DNA of 47,270 nt, filler included, from Catajapyx aquilonaris (lineage: Eukaryota): the NCBI GenBank assembly GCA_000934665.2. It is 2 parts of 2 records of this genome, joined end to end, with 100 filler letters (N's around TTAATTAATTAA, not from the genome) between each part and the next. Parts side by side here need not be neighbours in the genome. Positions count along the whole stretch, not along the records: positions 1 to 23,583 come from JYFJ02005654.1; positions 23,684 to 47,270 come from JYFJ02005655.1. One strand, 5' to 3'. Positions 23,135 through 36,936 of this stretch are shown piece by piece. Positions within the stretch are counted from its first letter, which is position 1, and every line of letters begins with the position of its first letter. The translations under genes were made by a program, and so were the position numbers. Below the pieces are notes generated by a model. It worked only from the letters and a program-made list of their open reading frames with translations, was not told where the DNA came from and did not search any database.

Positions 23135-23583
23135 GGGTCATTCCATGTCAATTCACCGAGCTTTTAAGGAAAATTGACCCTTGGGTTGTCAGATTTTGAC
23201 GAAAATCGGCGAATTGCTTTAATTACGTCTTTCAAAAATACCATTTGCGCGGTTTTGAGATTTACCCCCCCTCCCCGGAGATAGGCCCACCGAAAAAAAC
23301 GTCATTTTCGGAAGGTAGGGTTTCAGAAATCGGTCATATCTCGTGAACCAATTGAGCTGCAGACGTCGCAGACCGCTCCCTTTGAAGAGATTCGAGAGCC
23401 CAATCTCACTAAGGATTGAAAATTCGTATTGTGACTTTTTTGAAAATTTTGTCCCATTTTCAAAATTTAAAAGTTTTTTAAAAAAGAAATCCGCCTAATT
23501 TAAAAATCCGATTTTTAAATATGTTGTAACTCAGACCCTTTCCCTGACATAGAAAAAAATCTCAGGAGGAGTTTTTTGATTTA
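23135..23583. mobile_element. Probable terminus of an unclassified DNA transposon, cut by the assembly gap
   Basis: Starts GGGTCATTCCATGTCAA followed by A/T-tract-rich sequence typical of non-autonomous element arms, and runs into the N gap. Partner TIR not visible. Confidence 0.35.
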
Positions 23584-23683
23584 NNNNNNNNNNNNNNNNN
23601 NNNNNNNNNNNNNNNNNNNNNNNNNNNTTAATTAATTAANNNNNNNNNNNNNNNNNNNNNNNNNNNNNNNNNNNNNNNNNNNN
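23584..23683. other. Assembly gap with artificial six-frame stop linker
   Basis: 44 N + TTAATTAATTAA (23628-23639) + 44 N = exactly 100 nt. Confidence 0.95.
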
Positions 23684-25948
23684 GGCAACCCCATTTCCGC
23701 CATTTCCCTCATTTCCCATTGGTGGAAAATTGAAAAGTGGGAGGTTACAGAAATGCATTCTCGGGGGTCCGCTGGCTATATAAGACTTTTTTCGATGGAT
23801 GAGAAAAGGTCTAAACGATGGGTTTGCTATAGGATAGATTTTTTAAAGGGGAAAGGGGCGGTCTGGGGGTAGTATGAGGTGCGTGGGAATAGGATGAGGG
23901 AGGGAGAAAAGGGTACCGTAAGTCTACTTTTGGCCGAAAATTATGGCTGGTTTCAGTTTCAGTCCCAGTCCCGTGACGGACGTTGGGGACACTTGCAGTA
24001 AACATGAAAAAGTCTACTCTAATCACGCTCACGTGATTTTCCAACTTGTTTTATACCAACAGGAGGCCTTGACCTGACATATAGTCTGCATTGCCTTTAC
24101 CTTTTCCCTGGATCTTTTCTTTCCGCTCTTCTTCTTTTTTTCCTTCTTATGTCACAAAACACACACATTTCCAGGTATACGTATCCATCGTCGGCTGGCT
24201 GCCACTATACACTCTGAATTATTCATGCAGAGGAAGGCCCTACCCACCCTAACTCTTTTCGCTTCTGGTCACGATCTTTCCAATCCTAACCGATTCCGAA
24301 GTGATATTTGATGTAGTGAGGTGTCGCGTCTGCCTATATTACAGCTTTACATCAAATTCCTAAGACGGGGCCAGGGTTACTGCCAAAAAAAAAAATCTCG
24401 AATATATAGTTCATCCCATCTAATTAAGCATTTGGCGGCATTAAATTATTTTCGAATTACAGACGGTATAACACTTTAGTTCGGAATACCGCACATTATG
24501 ATTTCCTTTTTGAGTTTTGTGAGTTGGAATTAGGCAGCTGGGGGTGTGGAAGATGAGTAGGGGGGCGGAGGATATGGGTGGAGTGGGGGGGGGGGGCACN
24601 AGAGGCAGTTAGCACAGATGCTTTTCTCCTATGGAAACCGCACTTTGCCGATGTTCCCCGTACCGGAAGGGTGGAGAATAATAATTTTCCTGCCTGCTCC
24701 TTTGGTGCTGAGGGATGAGGGAGGACGCTAGAGGGAGGGAGTTCTGGGGGGGGGTTTTTGTGCATTCCGGAAGAATTTTGGGGTCAACCTTTCATCTGCT
24801 CCGTTCCCTATTTTGCCAATTCAGTACCGTCTTCCCCGGTTCATTTGAACCTGCCCGAGGCCGAGCCTGACTCTTGACAGACACTACAGTACACATGAGA
24901 AGGTTAATTAAGTCCCTCCCACGCTGCTAGTACAGAAAATATTATAGTCTATGCCACTGGGACTCATATCTCTCTCTCTCTCTCTCTCGCTCTCTCTAAG
25001 GTTCAAAAGGAGTGTGTCAAGTTAGAAGACAGCTAGCTTTCCATCATTATATGCTGACTCTGTAGGGCATGCTGCTTTTCTCCCTCGAAAATAGCAAATA
25101 CTATGGATAGAGAAAATGCTTTTAGCAATTTGTTGAGTCATACATGTCTTGGATACAGCAAAAATAGTCGTAACTCATCTTCTGATAGTGCTCGGGTATG
25201 GCCTACACTAGATGCAAATAAAGCAAATAAATGTTATAGAATTAGAAATAATTCTGCTGCCTATAAATTCACCTTTTAAATTAATTTTAACCCAGCTGCA
25301 TTAGCAACCTTTTATGCTCTAGTTTTCAGTCTAAGTTTTGGGAAATCTCAGGCCGAATCATTTATAAATTAACATAGTAAACCGCATAATTCCCTGGCCA
25401 GTTATCGAACCTGGAACTTCCCGGATGGAAGTCTGACGCCGTAAGACCACCAAACATGAGATCAGTACAGATTCACCGAAGAGAATGGAGGGATTTAATC
25501 ATTCAATGAAACTAGCTGATTAGGAAAGCCAGAATTCGTTAGGGAATTTATAAAAGTAGGCAGAGTGCTCGAGAGCTGCTTTGGCCAATTGCAGATGTCA
25601 AAAATGACATGAATACAGGCCTAACTTGGTGGAAATGTAAGATGATTTTTTAAAAAAAATCGTTCAAAAAAAAAACCCCTCCTGGGATTCAGTATACTAT
25701 GCGATTTCAACGTTCCTCATTATGTTAAACACTCAAAATACATTTTTTGGCTGTCGGCTTAGCGTGGAATTTTGCTGCGCTAATCTCGCGACATTTAAGC
25801 TTTTTTAAATGGCTGTCAGCTTTAACCTCTCTACAACGTGCAACTGGAAACATGCATATGATCGCCAGTTTACATAAAAACCACGAAACGCAAGTATATC
25901 ACATCCCCCCCAGAGTTTATACACATCACATTTAAATTAAAAAGATAT

Positions 25949-26118
25949 AAGGTCGCGTGGAGAGACGCATACCTGCCAGGATATTTTATACCTCGTGTTT
26001 GACGCCCATTATCTCGGTAATTATGCTGCGAACATCCACGATATGTATACTTAAAATGATCGCCTAGAACCCTTATACCATCCCGCAAAGTGAAGGTACG
26101 TTAAATTCCTGCACCCTG
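25949..26118 (+). repeat. Dispersed repeat, copy 1 (arm of a mariner-type MITE)
   Basis: AAGGTCGCGTGGAG..GCATACCTGCCAGGATATTTTAT...GCCCATTATCTCG...TATACTTAAAA...CCTAGAA...GCACCCTG|TA is shared with 45641-45814. Confidence 0.8.
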
Positions 26119-29100
26119 TATATTAAGGTCAATATCATGAAGTTTTCTCACTGTAGCCGCTCTCGAAAGAGTGGATAAGCAGCGACGAAGCTCAAAAAAA
26201 GTCCTTTGGGATTTTCTGTCATTTGAAACGTCACATCCGGACGCTCAAATACTGCCCACAGACAGCGGCTGAAGTAATCAAACGCGACTTTATGTACATA
26301 AATTATGTAAGCCCGCTTTGGCCGCTTGGGGAATTGGAAACTTATTAACTCCTCTTTGCGCGACTCTCAAAAACATTGCCTGCTGACATATACCGTGTTA
26401 GTATACGGGACACAGTGTCAGAATATTTTGGTATCACACAAAAAAAACAAGGCACCTTTCGTCAAAAGTGTCCACGATGTATACACCCACGAGCATAAAG
26501 TTGGAGACCCTCTCCTGACCCGACTCAACTTTTGGGACCGAGTTAGCTGCTTCAGGCGTGTGTTAGTGTATTTATAACAGTATATTTGATACCGTAATAG
26601 CTGAGATTGGGAGATCACCCCTGTCGATGCCGTCTCCAACTTTATGCTCGCGGGTGTACTTTTTTTTTGCCTAACATGCAATAGTAACATCCTTCTTTTT
26701 TTTTGACCCAGACTAATTCTGTTAGAGAGATGCTTTTAACTCAAAAAGTTGCCCTTCCTCTTTTTTGAAAGGCCGGAAAAAAGTCTCTCTTCCTGTGAAC
26801 TGGCTTTTTATTTCGGGGCATCCGGATGTTACGAACATGCCCTGGGATTAAAATGGCTCCTTCCGGAGTCTCGTTTCGGGAATCCACTGAAAAGAGACGT
26901 TTGTTAAAGATTTGCCTGTTGGGTCGACCCTGTTTTTATCTGGCAGAAACGCAACTTTTTGGTCGCAGATAGTGTTCGGTCCCCAATATATATAAAAAAA
27001 GAGCGAGGTCCTTCAGCGATGGGCGACATTTGGCCATTACCATACGAGTGTCAATCGAGTTAACGAGGCCATCGTCGAGGTAGAGAGCACTTTGGCAAAC
27101 TTTTCGGCGCTGCCAGCATGGAAAAGCTCATGAGCACGCCCATTTGCCATCAAAAGTGGCCTACAACTTCAAAATTCACTCCCTCACTACCTCCTTCACC
27201 CACTATCCCCCCCCCACCATTTTTTTAAACCTTCCCAGAAGTCCCATCACATCCAGAGATGTCGCCGAATTAATGGGGTGGGCTTTTCATAAATTGCTGG
27301 CTGCTAATTAGAAGTTGAAAGATGTAGTCACCATCGTTATGAAAATGGTTTTTGATGGTAGTCGCATAGTGTCGTATAGGAAAATGGCAGGAAAGGGATG
27401 ACTATGGCAAAAATCGGCAACGAATGGCTCGCAAAACTTTTGGGGGACTCTATGATCCATAAGGCTAGGTCATGTTTTTTTTTTTTCGAAGGTTGGCAGG
27501 AAAAGAAGGCTAAAAGGTCGGGGTAGGAAGAATAATGGGGTTGCCAAAGGCGTCGATTGGTCGGCAGAATTATTGAGGTTTATGACCTAAGATTCTGCGG
27601 CATCCAGCACTGACGGTGACATATAGTGTTGTGGGTGCGGAAAGGGAGCAAGTAAAAAATACCGTCGCTTTAGGGTCAGTGGAATATGCGATTTCTCAAA
27701 GTTTTAAAATAAAATGTCCACATAATTTCCTGTCATGGAGTTCGTATCTACAACGTGCATAAACTGACAACTCCATTTCCTTGCCAACATTCTAGATTCT
27801 TGAGGCGTTTTGGGTCCTCCCCCATTTGTTATTCCGTAACAAGGTGTGGAAAACTTCGATACTACTTCGCGCATACCCGTGTGAAGCTCGCCGCTTCCCC
27901 CCAAAAAACAAACATTGCATAAATACATAAACATCTATTGATCCTCTTGATATTGACGTTAGGCTCCTGTCGCAGCCTTTCCTTGCTTCTTACAAGTAAT
28001 ACTTTTCAAGTGAGATTTTATTTTATCATCTGACATCCGTTAAGAATTCCGGAGGGTATGAGGCTGTGCAGAGTACGTTACGTACAAGTCTTTTTTTTTT
28101 ACAGTTCCACTAGCGGCAATCTGGAGCAAGAAACGATCCCCAAAGACTGTATCTCGACTTCCACAATCAGAGAATATATACCCATTCCCGAAGGCAATTC
28201 TGGAACCCGCACATGTGTGCCTTCCAACTTCCATATCTGTGGAGACCAGGATGCCCCGTTATTAGAATTCCGAGTGTCCCAAGTTACGTATCGAGAAAGG
28301 AGAAAAAGAAATAAAAGGACGATATAATGATGCATGTCAAACTTATGAGAAACTCCCGCATACGTATTTAATATTTAATAACTCCATACCTTTTTGTATT
28401 AAAACTGTCATGTTGGTTAAATTCAATGAGAATTCTGAAAGGTATGATGTACTACATGTGTACGGTGCTATGTGCAGAAAAAATAGTTATCCCATATTAG
28501 CTGGGGATGTAACAGATAAGCCAAGTCTTTACAAGAGTTTGCTGTGAGAAAGAACTTGAAAGTTTTTTTTTTCTTCAGAAAGACCGTCGGATGTTCTGTA
28601 ACAACCAGAAAATTGCGCCCGTAAAAACACTCGTTGACCTTTGACCACATATATGACCTTGTGAAGCTTGCTATCATTGTGGCCGAAACAACTGGAGCAA
28701 TTTAGAAACTCGTTTAAGTTTTCAACCCCCCCCCNCCCCCCCCCCCCATAATTAAAATTCCTATATCTATAACTATTGCAACGAACTAAAAAAAATATTG
28801 GCCAATTCTTCGCATATTTTTACCAAGCCCGCATACGTCGAATCCACCACGCAATTTGTGAACCCTTTTCCTCCCCATTCCCCAGTGATCTCTTACATTT
28901 ATTTTCCGTCTCTCTGGCCCTTCCTATCTCTCTCTCGCTATCTCCATCTCTAGTTTTCCTTCTCTCTCTCTCTCTCAGCCAGAGCCGCCCATTGTATCCT
29001 TGTAGGGCCTAGTTCTGGCAACAAGACTCGGGAGAGAATAAATTAGATCCTGCGTTGGTATGAAACCAAAGCACTTCTCTTGTCTTAAGGGGATGATGTA

Positions 29101-31773
29101 ACCTGCAGGGCCCGAATATGTAAGCAACTCAGAAAAACACTGCACTGGGTTACAAGCTACTAGTCTGCTGGAGACGGTCCATGTCTTGCCTCCAGGCCTA
29201 TAATACTCGTATGCTACTCATTTTTGGCCGGATGAGAAGGAATGGCTCGGAATTTGCACGCTCGCTTAGAGCGCCAAAAGCGATCAAAATTTACTGCATA
29301 CCATGGGGTGATCCAAGGTGGCTGAAGCATCTGCTAGTAATTTTATTTTTTTGGTAACATATATGATAGCACTGAAATAAAATGCAATGGAGCTACAAAA
29401 AAAAAATGTTGCGAGGTAATGAGCAGAAATATGTGCATTCAATATTATCGAGCATTCCTAAGCTGGCAACACGCACGTCTAGATCGTGTATTATGTAAAA
29501 CCAGACCCCCACCAAAATTGGGCGATGTTGGGAACAAGTTATGGGTCCCGGAGCGACGAAATCAATGCTGCCAGCCTCGGTGGGAATAGATCGAGGATAT
29601 AGCTGGGAAGGGGTTGGAAGAATTAGGGGGGCCATCATTGTTGAAGGGAAGAAGTGGGGGGGAAAGAACGAAGGTTATATCCAAGAGAGCAAGTCTTGAA
29701 GATTTGTGGTCCATCCTTGCTCCTCTCTTCTTCTCCATTTACATGATATCCGCCAATGACCATCAGTCTCCTGCTGCGATTTATTAGTCCAGGAACGGAA
29801 ATTCAATTAACGATACACGAATTCCGTCCTATACCCTTAGGTTTTACAAAGACATTATTTACGTTTTTTTTTTCAAAAGGTTACCGTACCTAAGCGAAAG
29901 AACGTTTCCGTTTGCGTGCTTCACAGGTTCGGTCAAATTAAGGCCATGTTTTTCCCACTTGGCTGCATTAATGAGGAATATTCATCCTGTTTTTATGACG
30001 TGACTTAATTAAAAACTAGCGCATCCTACGTGAAAAGCGAGCCTTCAGATTGCTACATTCCTCAAACTCGGGTATTTGTGTTCACGGATGCATATTATCG
30101 TGTTTATTAGGCTTGGAATCTCCGTCGGATTGCAAAGTTTTACGTAATGTTACAATTTCTCGTTTAGTAAGTATTGGCCGACTGTTGGCATCTGGCTGCT
30201 GGCATCCATATTTGAATTTTCCATATAACATGCACCACAGCTTTTTTGCTTGTGGTTGAGTCCAACTGTTTTTTTTTTTTACCTAATGCTTGGCTCTTTC
30301 TACGAGATATTTGTTTAGAAAATAATCTTCAGCATGTTGTAAATCTAATTTCTATTTAGAATCTAGAAATTGATTAATGTAAAGTTTTAAAGGATATTAC
30401 CAGCTCATCCCTTCAATTGGTAAATCCACTAAACTTTTCACCATTGATCTACATTCCAGTGGTGCAACCGGGCCTAAAACGTGCACTTTCCGTAGCCTTA
30501 TGGGTAGGTTCATGCTAGGATGCTCACTCTACTTTCCGTGTAGTGGAACGCTGATTGGTGAATAGACATTAAGCACTTTAACATGAGCTTGTCCTTAACA
30601 TTACACAAGTGCGATACTCGTAATAAAATATGCATGAAAATGAGTTAGTATTGGCTTCAAATATTTGCGAATAGAGGCTATCATACAACCCTCTAAATGC
30701 CTGAAATATGTTCATGCATGCATAATAATGTGCAAATATCCGAATTTGCACAACTCCAAAGAAAAGGCTGTAAATGTAAATCATCGGTTTTTATTCGAGG
30801 AGGTTCTAAAGGAAACCGATGTTTGACATAAAACTGATGACAACTCCCACTGAAAGAGGCATATAAAAAACGCCACTGAATCGCGCCTATCAACCCGAAA
30901 GCAGACGTCTGTAAAATCACATTTTGATGCCTGAAAGTGGAACGATTTTCTTGTTATACATATAGCAGCACCCAGCCCTGTTAGCACCTGCTTCCCACCC
31001 ACCCCTGATATCCCCTCACTACCAAACCATGCACCGCCCATCATCAGTAAGGATTAGTGTCATATGCCATCACGTCGGCCTGGTAATGAGGAGGCATCCA
31101 ATTAAGCGGACACCCTGTACAGCAGGTTACCCGACAGAAAAATAGATCAGTTCGGCTCTAGCGTTGTCATTGGTTACACTACTTATTTGTGCCTCCAATT
31201 AAGACGGTGCTGAAGAGCATTTGGGAGGAAGGGAAGTTCGTAATTAGGTAGAGGACATCCATTGTTGAAAATCGCTCGGGTGATTCCAAAAAGGTGGGGG
31301 AACAAAGTGAGAAAGGTCATTTTGCAAAATGGCACACGCTTTTTGATGTTTCTGTTCATATAGCTTGATGAGAAGGCGATAATAGTGCTGAACCTTGCCT
31401 TGTGAACCTATATTCACACCATGGTTCCTTATCGCTGCTGAACTCCCGGGAGTCCCCTTTCACACCCTTCCCCGAGTTCTGCAGCATATGCATTTTTTTC
31501 GTTGAAAACTGGAAAGAAAAGTGCTCAGATCGAGCGAGGGTTAGAAGACCTGATAAGAATTGCTATAACCACTTCCGGATTTTAGAGGTTGTGGACATGT
31601 TTGGATAGGGGCTTTAACTGCTCGTGTACACTCGGGTGTTAACAACATAATTGGAGGATGATGTTCATAATAGAATACTGCTCAGATGTTAATAGTAAAA
31701 CAGGAAAAAATCAATCACCAAAATCCTCACAGGCTCACCCTGTGGCCATCACTCTATAAATGTAGCAACCTTG

Positions 31774-31977
31774 CAGAGGTGGGCACTAACTTGCTCAGAA
31801 AAACCATGGACATCACCAAATCGTTAATGCTTAACAGCTAGAAAGGTTAGTGGAAACCCCCTAATCATTCTAGCTGTTTATCATTAGCAATTTAGAGCCG
31901 CCCATGGTTTACTAACCGAATTAGCTGTTAGCGGAAGTTAGCTTAGCTAAAAATTTCGGTTAGCTTGCCCAGCTCTG
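31774..31977. mobile_element. hAT-type MITE (204 bp) with perfect 8-bp TSD
   Basis: TSD CAACCTTG at 31766-31773 and 31978-31985. TIR CAGAGGTGGGCA / TGCCCAGCTCTG. Internal inverted repeat AACAGCTAGAA..TTAG / CTAA..TTCTAGCTGTT. Confidence 0.9.
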
Positions 31978-34900
31978 CAACCTTGTACTGTAATAACAAG
32001 GATCAATCCTCGGGGAAAGGTCTACCTTAAGTGGTTCAATCAGGCTTAAATGTGTAACTTAAATAATCATGATCTATAGTTCTCCTTTATTTTCACAAAA
32101 AGTGCAATAGCCTTAGATACTCTAAGTAGGTGACAAACTTCAAATATTAGCCCCTTTTGAAATTTTGAAAGTGTGTTAAATTCGTTGGTTAAATTAGGCA
32201 CCGGTTGAGGATAAGTTTCAATAGTAGCCTACTTGCTCTTATCACTACTTGATAGAAAATCGTTGCCACGATCCAAGGCAGAGATGAAAGGTTAGTCCAG
32301 ATCATGTCCAGATCATTAGTGACAAAGGGAAACCGTGCTAAACAAAGACTTTTTGGAGATTACAGTACAACCTCAAGCCATTAGACGGTATTACTCTTCG
32401 TACCAGTCTTTTGTTCATAAAGTACAATGATTTGATCTCAAAAGCTTCGACCAATCAGTTCATTAGAAAGAAAATCTCCACAATGCTTTTTGCGTCCACA
32501 TAATGGATTCCGGCCTCTTTGGCGAATGTATGAACATAAATGAGGTTCCTTCAGCATCCTTAACCTTAATCCTCCTCCAGGGTCTATCATGATAAAACAT
32601 CCCCCGCCAGTCATTAGCACGTGCTGGAAGAGTCTTTTCTCCACCCTCGAAGATTGATGCCTCGCACCAAGCCTCGCACTTTCTTGTCCCGCATTTTACG
32701 ACCTAGAGAGTACGTGCATAAAAACCCCCCACACTATCCTCTACTCTCACCTCAAGTAGTATAAGCAGGCAGGGTAGTTAGCAACATTGGATTCCAAAAT
32801 CCCATGAGAGATTTATTAATAATGAGAAGCAACTGCACACTTACTGAAAACAAAACCCCCACTTGGGTTTATCTATAGAGAGACCCACATGATGCTGGAA
32901 GCACTCTTATCTTCATTCTTCCCTAGGGGTGCATCTAACCCTATGCAGTAATTGGCCCTGTTGGAGAGAATGGGCCAAAATTCGACGTCGACCACATTCA
33001 GATGCTTTGCAAGCTAAATGCCACGGGGATAAGTGCTCGATAATAAAATAATAACAATAGGCACCTCTGTTGCATTCAAGCCTAACAATGTAACAAAACA
33101 GCATTTTCGTGAATCCGATTTAAATCCAAATCTATAGGGTTATCACTGATTTAGTCATACATTATACCCCCGATGTCATTTTCACCTCATATTCCATGTC
33201 ACGATTGAGCGTAAAATGGTATTGTATGCAAAAGCACGAGAATGCATTGAAACCCTCTCTTTGATGTGGTCACGTTGCATTTTCCACCGGGTTTGACTGC
33301 GCGCAGGTTGCGTGTATTGGAATTACGAACTGAAATAAGTGAATAATGGGGAAGCACGTCTCTTGCATTTAAAACCGCTACCAGAATAGCAAGAAAACCA
33401 CTTGGCTCCACCAAAAAACCTGACCGAATAACGCGCGCCTAGCTGCATAGGATCCATAGAAGCATCTAGCATTAATCATGAGTGCTTTTCCGAATTCTAG
33501 GGACCCCCCCCCCCTTCCACTGGATTCAATCCTAAATTCAATGTGCTAACCTAGCTAACACTCGGAAACTCCTAGAATTAATTAATGCGAATGCCTATTT
33601 CATTCTGGGCTTCAAATATACGTGCAGAATAGCTTTTAATTATAGCTACTATGTAACTCCCGTGGGTATGGAAAGTGGACATATTAAGGAATTAAATGGG
33701 GCCATTTTGTCGTGCTTTGAAGGCGACAAACGGTGCTCGGTTTTTCAATCACATTGCAGGTTTACAACGAGACTTGTAGCAAACACACTGATGAAAGGGC
33801 AAGGTAAAGAAGACCCGATTGATGAGGTTGGAATGATTGAAACCGTCGAGGGAGAGAGCCCAGTAGAACAAACATTCGTCTTGACCCCATTTACTGTGCC
33901 AAATGGAACCTGAGACACTACTGTGCACTGTATATGGAAGGGTGCATTCAGTTTACAGTACACTTTTTGTGACTCAGTTTTCTCTGCCAATTTTACACCT
34001 TGGTATGCAGGCCGGCATTATGGAGTCATTTTTCTGAAAGAAAATTATAGGCCGTTTTGGGCCACCCGATCCGGGGACTAGGCTCTCCTTTATTGGTTTC
34101 TAGCAAAACGTGTGGAGTAGGCTAGGCCTACTGCTTAGGAATGTTTGGATCAAATCAGTTCCACGCGGAAGAGTTGCATGATGGAGGAAGACACAAGCTG
34201 CGTCTATAAATTTAATATTGGCATGCCCTTGCAAGTAACTATCATTATCCATCCGCACGCTGTAGTTTGACTCGCTGTAGTGACATCTCTGGTGATATAC
34301 TCATTTACTTCATTACTGATGAAATACTTTTCATTTGTCTTTAGAATAGTAACTACTTACACACTATATGCGCACTATAATTAAAATAGTTCCGGTATTA
34401 GTAGATAGGCTTAGTTAATATTATTGAAATAAATGCGTAGGATTGCAGACACCTGCATGGTAATCAACAGGGCCAGCCCATGAAATCCTGCGAACTATTG
34501 TGCTAATGGGAGACAGCTTAACGAGTAGTGATTATCCTATATAACAAATGACGTAATTTAATGGCGCACGTAGTCTTGCTGCTCTCGTATATCCCTCACT
34601 GGAAATCAAATCACCGGAGGACAACAGGAGACACTGAGATATAAAAAATGGGCTTTGTAATTTTCATGCCGTGAGTCTGAGAATCGGCAGAGAGCTAACT
34701 TGGTAAACTTTGGGGCTAATTGAGTAATTGCTGGCTAATGGCACAGACTCTGCGGAAGTGGAGTTAGGAGTTACTCTGTAATTTAGGATTGCAAGGAATT
34801 GTAAGATGTAAGGAAATGGGAGAGGGGTCTATATTTTAGCATGCCATGAAGGATGCATGTTTAGGGTCACTTGCGCAACATTCGTGCCAAGTACTTTTCG

Positions 34901-36494
34901 TATTACATATTCAGAGGGCTTAGGGATAGTGCAGTACCATGAAGAAACTAAGTGCATCTAACAAATTGGACTTATTTTTACAAAATTAAGTAAAGGCCTA
35001 AAGCATATTAAATAAATTCTCATCCAATTACAGTCTTCAATTGACACATTAAAGAACCAGAATGAGCACTTTTTAGGTCGATGTACTGGGGCGAAGAAAC
35101 CATCATACAAGTATACACTACTTTCCACACGAAACGTAATGAAGCCCAAAGGCATAGTTTCCCTTGGCTCAATGAGTTATACCTTCGAGCGTTATTACAA
35201 CACACACTGTAGGCCTACTAAAAATATTAGGTCGCTTGTAGGTGAGCACCTCGGGAGATTTCTAAAGCAGACTGAAAGCGGGATGTTTATCCTGCATGAA
35301 TCGAATCCCAAGAGAAATCTCCTCAATTTGAAATAATTAACCTCTTGTTGAAAAACGGGCCTGAGGTTGGGATTAAAATTATGTGGTAACGGACGGGGAA
35401 AAAACTACTACTAGCATACTCAACTATTCCCTTTTATAATGCAACGGTTTCACTTGAGGCTCCAGTTGGCTCCTTTTAATTGAATTTTTAATTTCTGCCT
35501 GTCTTCCTACTTTTTTTGAGAGAGAAAGTTGGCGGTAGATGTTGATATGAAAGAGTAAGAAAAGCGTGAGAAAAAAAAATCTTCAAAAGATCTGTTTGAA
35601 AGTACAGCTCAAAAGGAATGTTTCCTACACTTTCTCCTGAGCAGCCTCCCAATATTATTGCTTAGGCTCACGTTCCAGAAGTTGCTTAGAAGGGGTTTGC
35701 GACTCTCTTTGAACCTGAAGGCGTTAGAGGAAGTTGACCTCTAGAATACTTGATGCCAAATAGACAAGGTTTGAATTATTTGCACTACCTGAGTTGCTCA
35801 GATCCTGTCAGGTTCCATGTAAACCACTTTCTTCAATGTCCACAAACAGAGGCCGTTAACAGATTTATATTAAATAGGTTTAAACAGTTCACTGCATCTT
35901 TGGTGTCTTTGGTGCAGTACATGCCAACATCAGCTCTCTACAAGGCGGCAATGGGCTTAGCCAAAACTTTTTTGGCACATGGTACTGGCAGAAAAATGCT
36001 GCAACCTGCACTAATATATCCTAGTCAGCCTCTCACTAACACATATTAGTACTGTAAAACTTACATTTTAAAATTAAGTATGTGGCAGTCAACCCCTTTT
36101 TTTCATTACTGTCTTAAGCATCCGTTTTCGACATGATTAGCACGTCCACAATAATGCTTATCTGGCCATTTAAATGCAAAAATACGACGAGAGTGCTCTA
36201 AAATGTGTGCCGTGTTTATTACAGTGATAAGTGCCTGGTATTACTCATAACCCGGCCAAAAAAATCGTGACTAGGCCAGAGACTATTGCTGCCTTCCATT
36301 AATCATGCTCTTGGGAAATAACCATGAATATCCGACTGCGCCGTCTCAGATAAATAAATTCGTGTTGTGTAGAGAGTGGGCTCGGCTCTCCAGATCCAGA
36401 AGTAGCCGTAAAAATTGTCTTCGAAGCTGTAGACAAAACTAGGATGTTCCGCAGGGGACCTTGGAGGATCCTAGAGAGAGACACGGGCCTAATT

Positions 36495-36500
<6 letters not shown>

Positions 36501-36546
<46 letters not shown>
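36501..36546. repeat. (CT)n microsatellite
   Basis: Direct reading. Confidence 0.95.
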
Positions 36547-36549
<3 letters not shown>

Positions 36550-36936
36550 CTTCAACGCCTCATTAAACGAGATCTCTCAAACCTTTGTTTTCTTATCACC
36601 CAAAAGTTTGCTGCCGAAAAATAGATGAGGCCTTGGGCCTTTTCTCAGGGCTCTCATTTGCGCCCTTTTAAAAAAATATTCACAGAAGACATCTCCATGG
36701 CTGAGTAATTGGGAGTTCCCTGAGACTGGATGTGACGAAAGTTGATTTAGAATGATATCGAGCATGCTTTCTGGCTGTGACGTCAGGCGTAAAGTGAACA
36801 CAACTGAAGCGTTCTTTTCGATTGATTGCAGTTAACGAAATTTGTTCTGCACTATTATTCATCACGCTTTGAAGAGTTTGAAGACCAGAAAGTGTATAGT
36901 CCATGCCCAAACTTTACAAAAGAAATGTCACCTTAC

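Noticed and set aside
23628..23639. TTAATTAATTAA palindrome inside the N run
   Set aside because: Artificial scaffolding linker with stops in all six frames, not biological.
25391..25452. Second tRNA-like sequence on the minus strand (GGTTCGATAAC)
   Set aside because: Too degenerate; at most an old SINE head.
28104..28327. Possible exon after a T-rich acceptor
   Set aside because: Open in several frames on both strands, no recognisable motif, weak donor; cannot be supported.
29715..29770. SILAPLFFSIYM, resembling the LINE RT motif QGSILGPLLF
   Set aside because: Only about 12 codons with no flanking RT motifs; insufficient.
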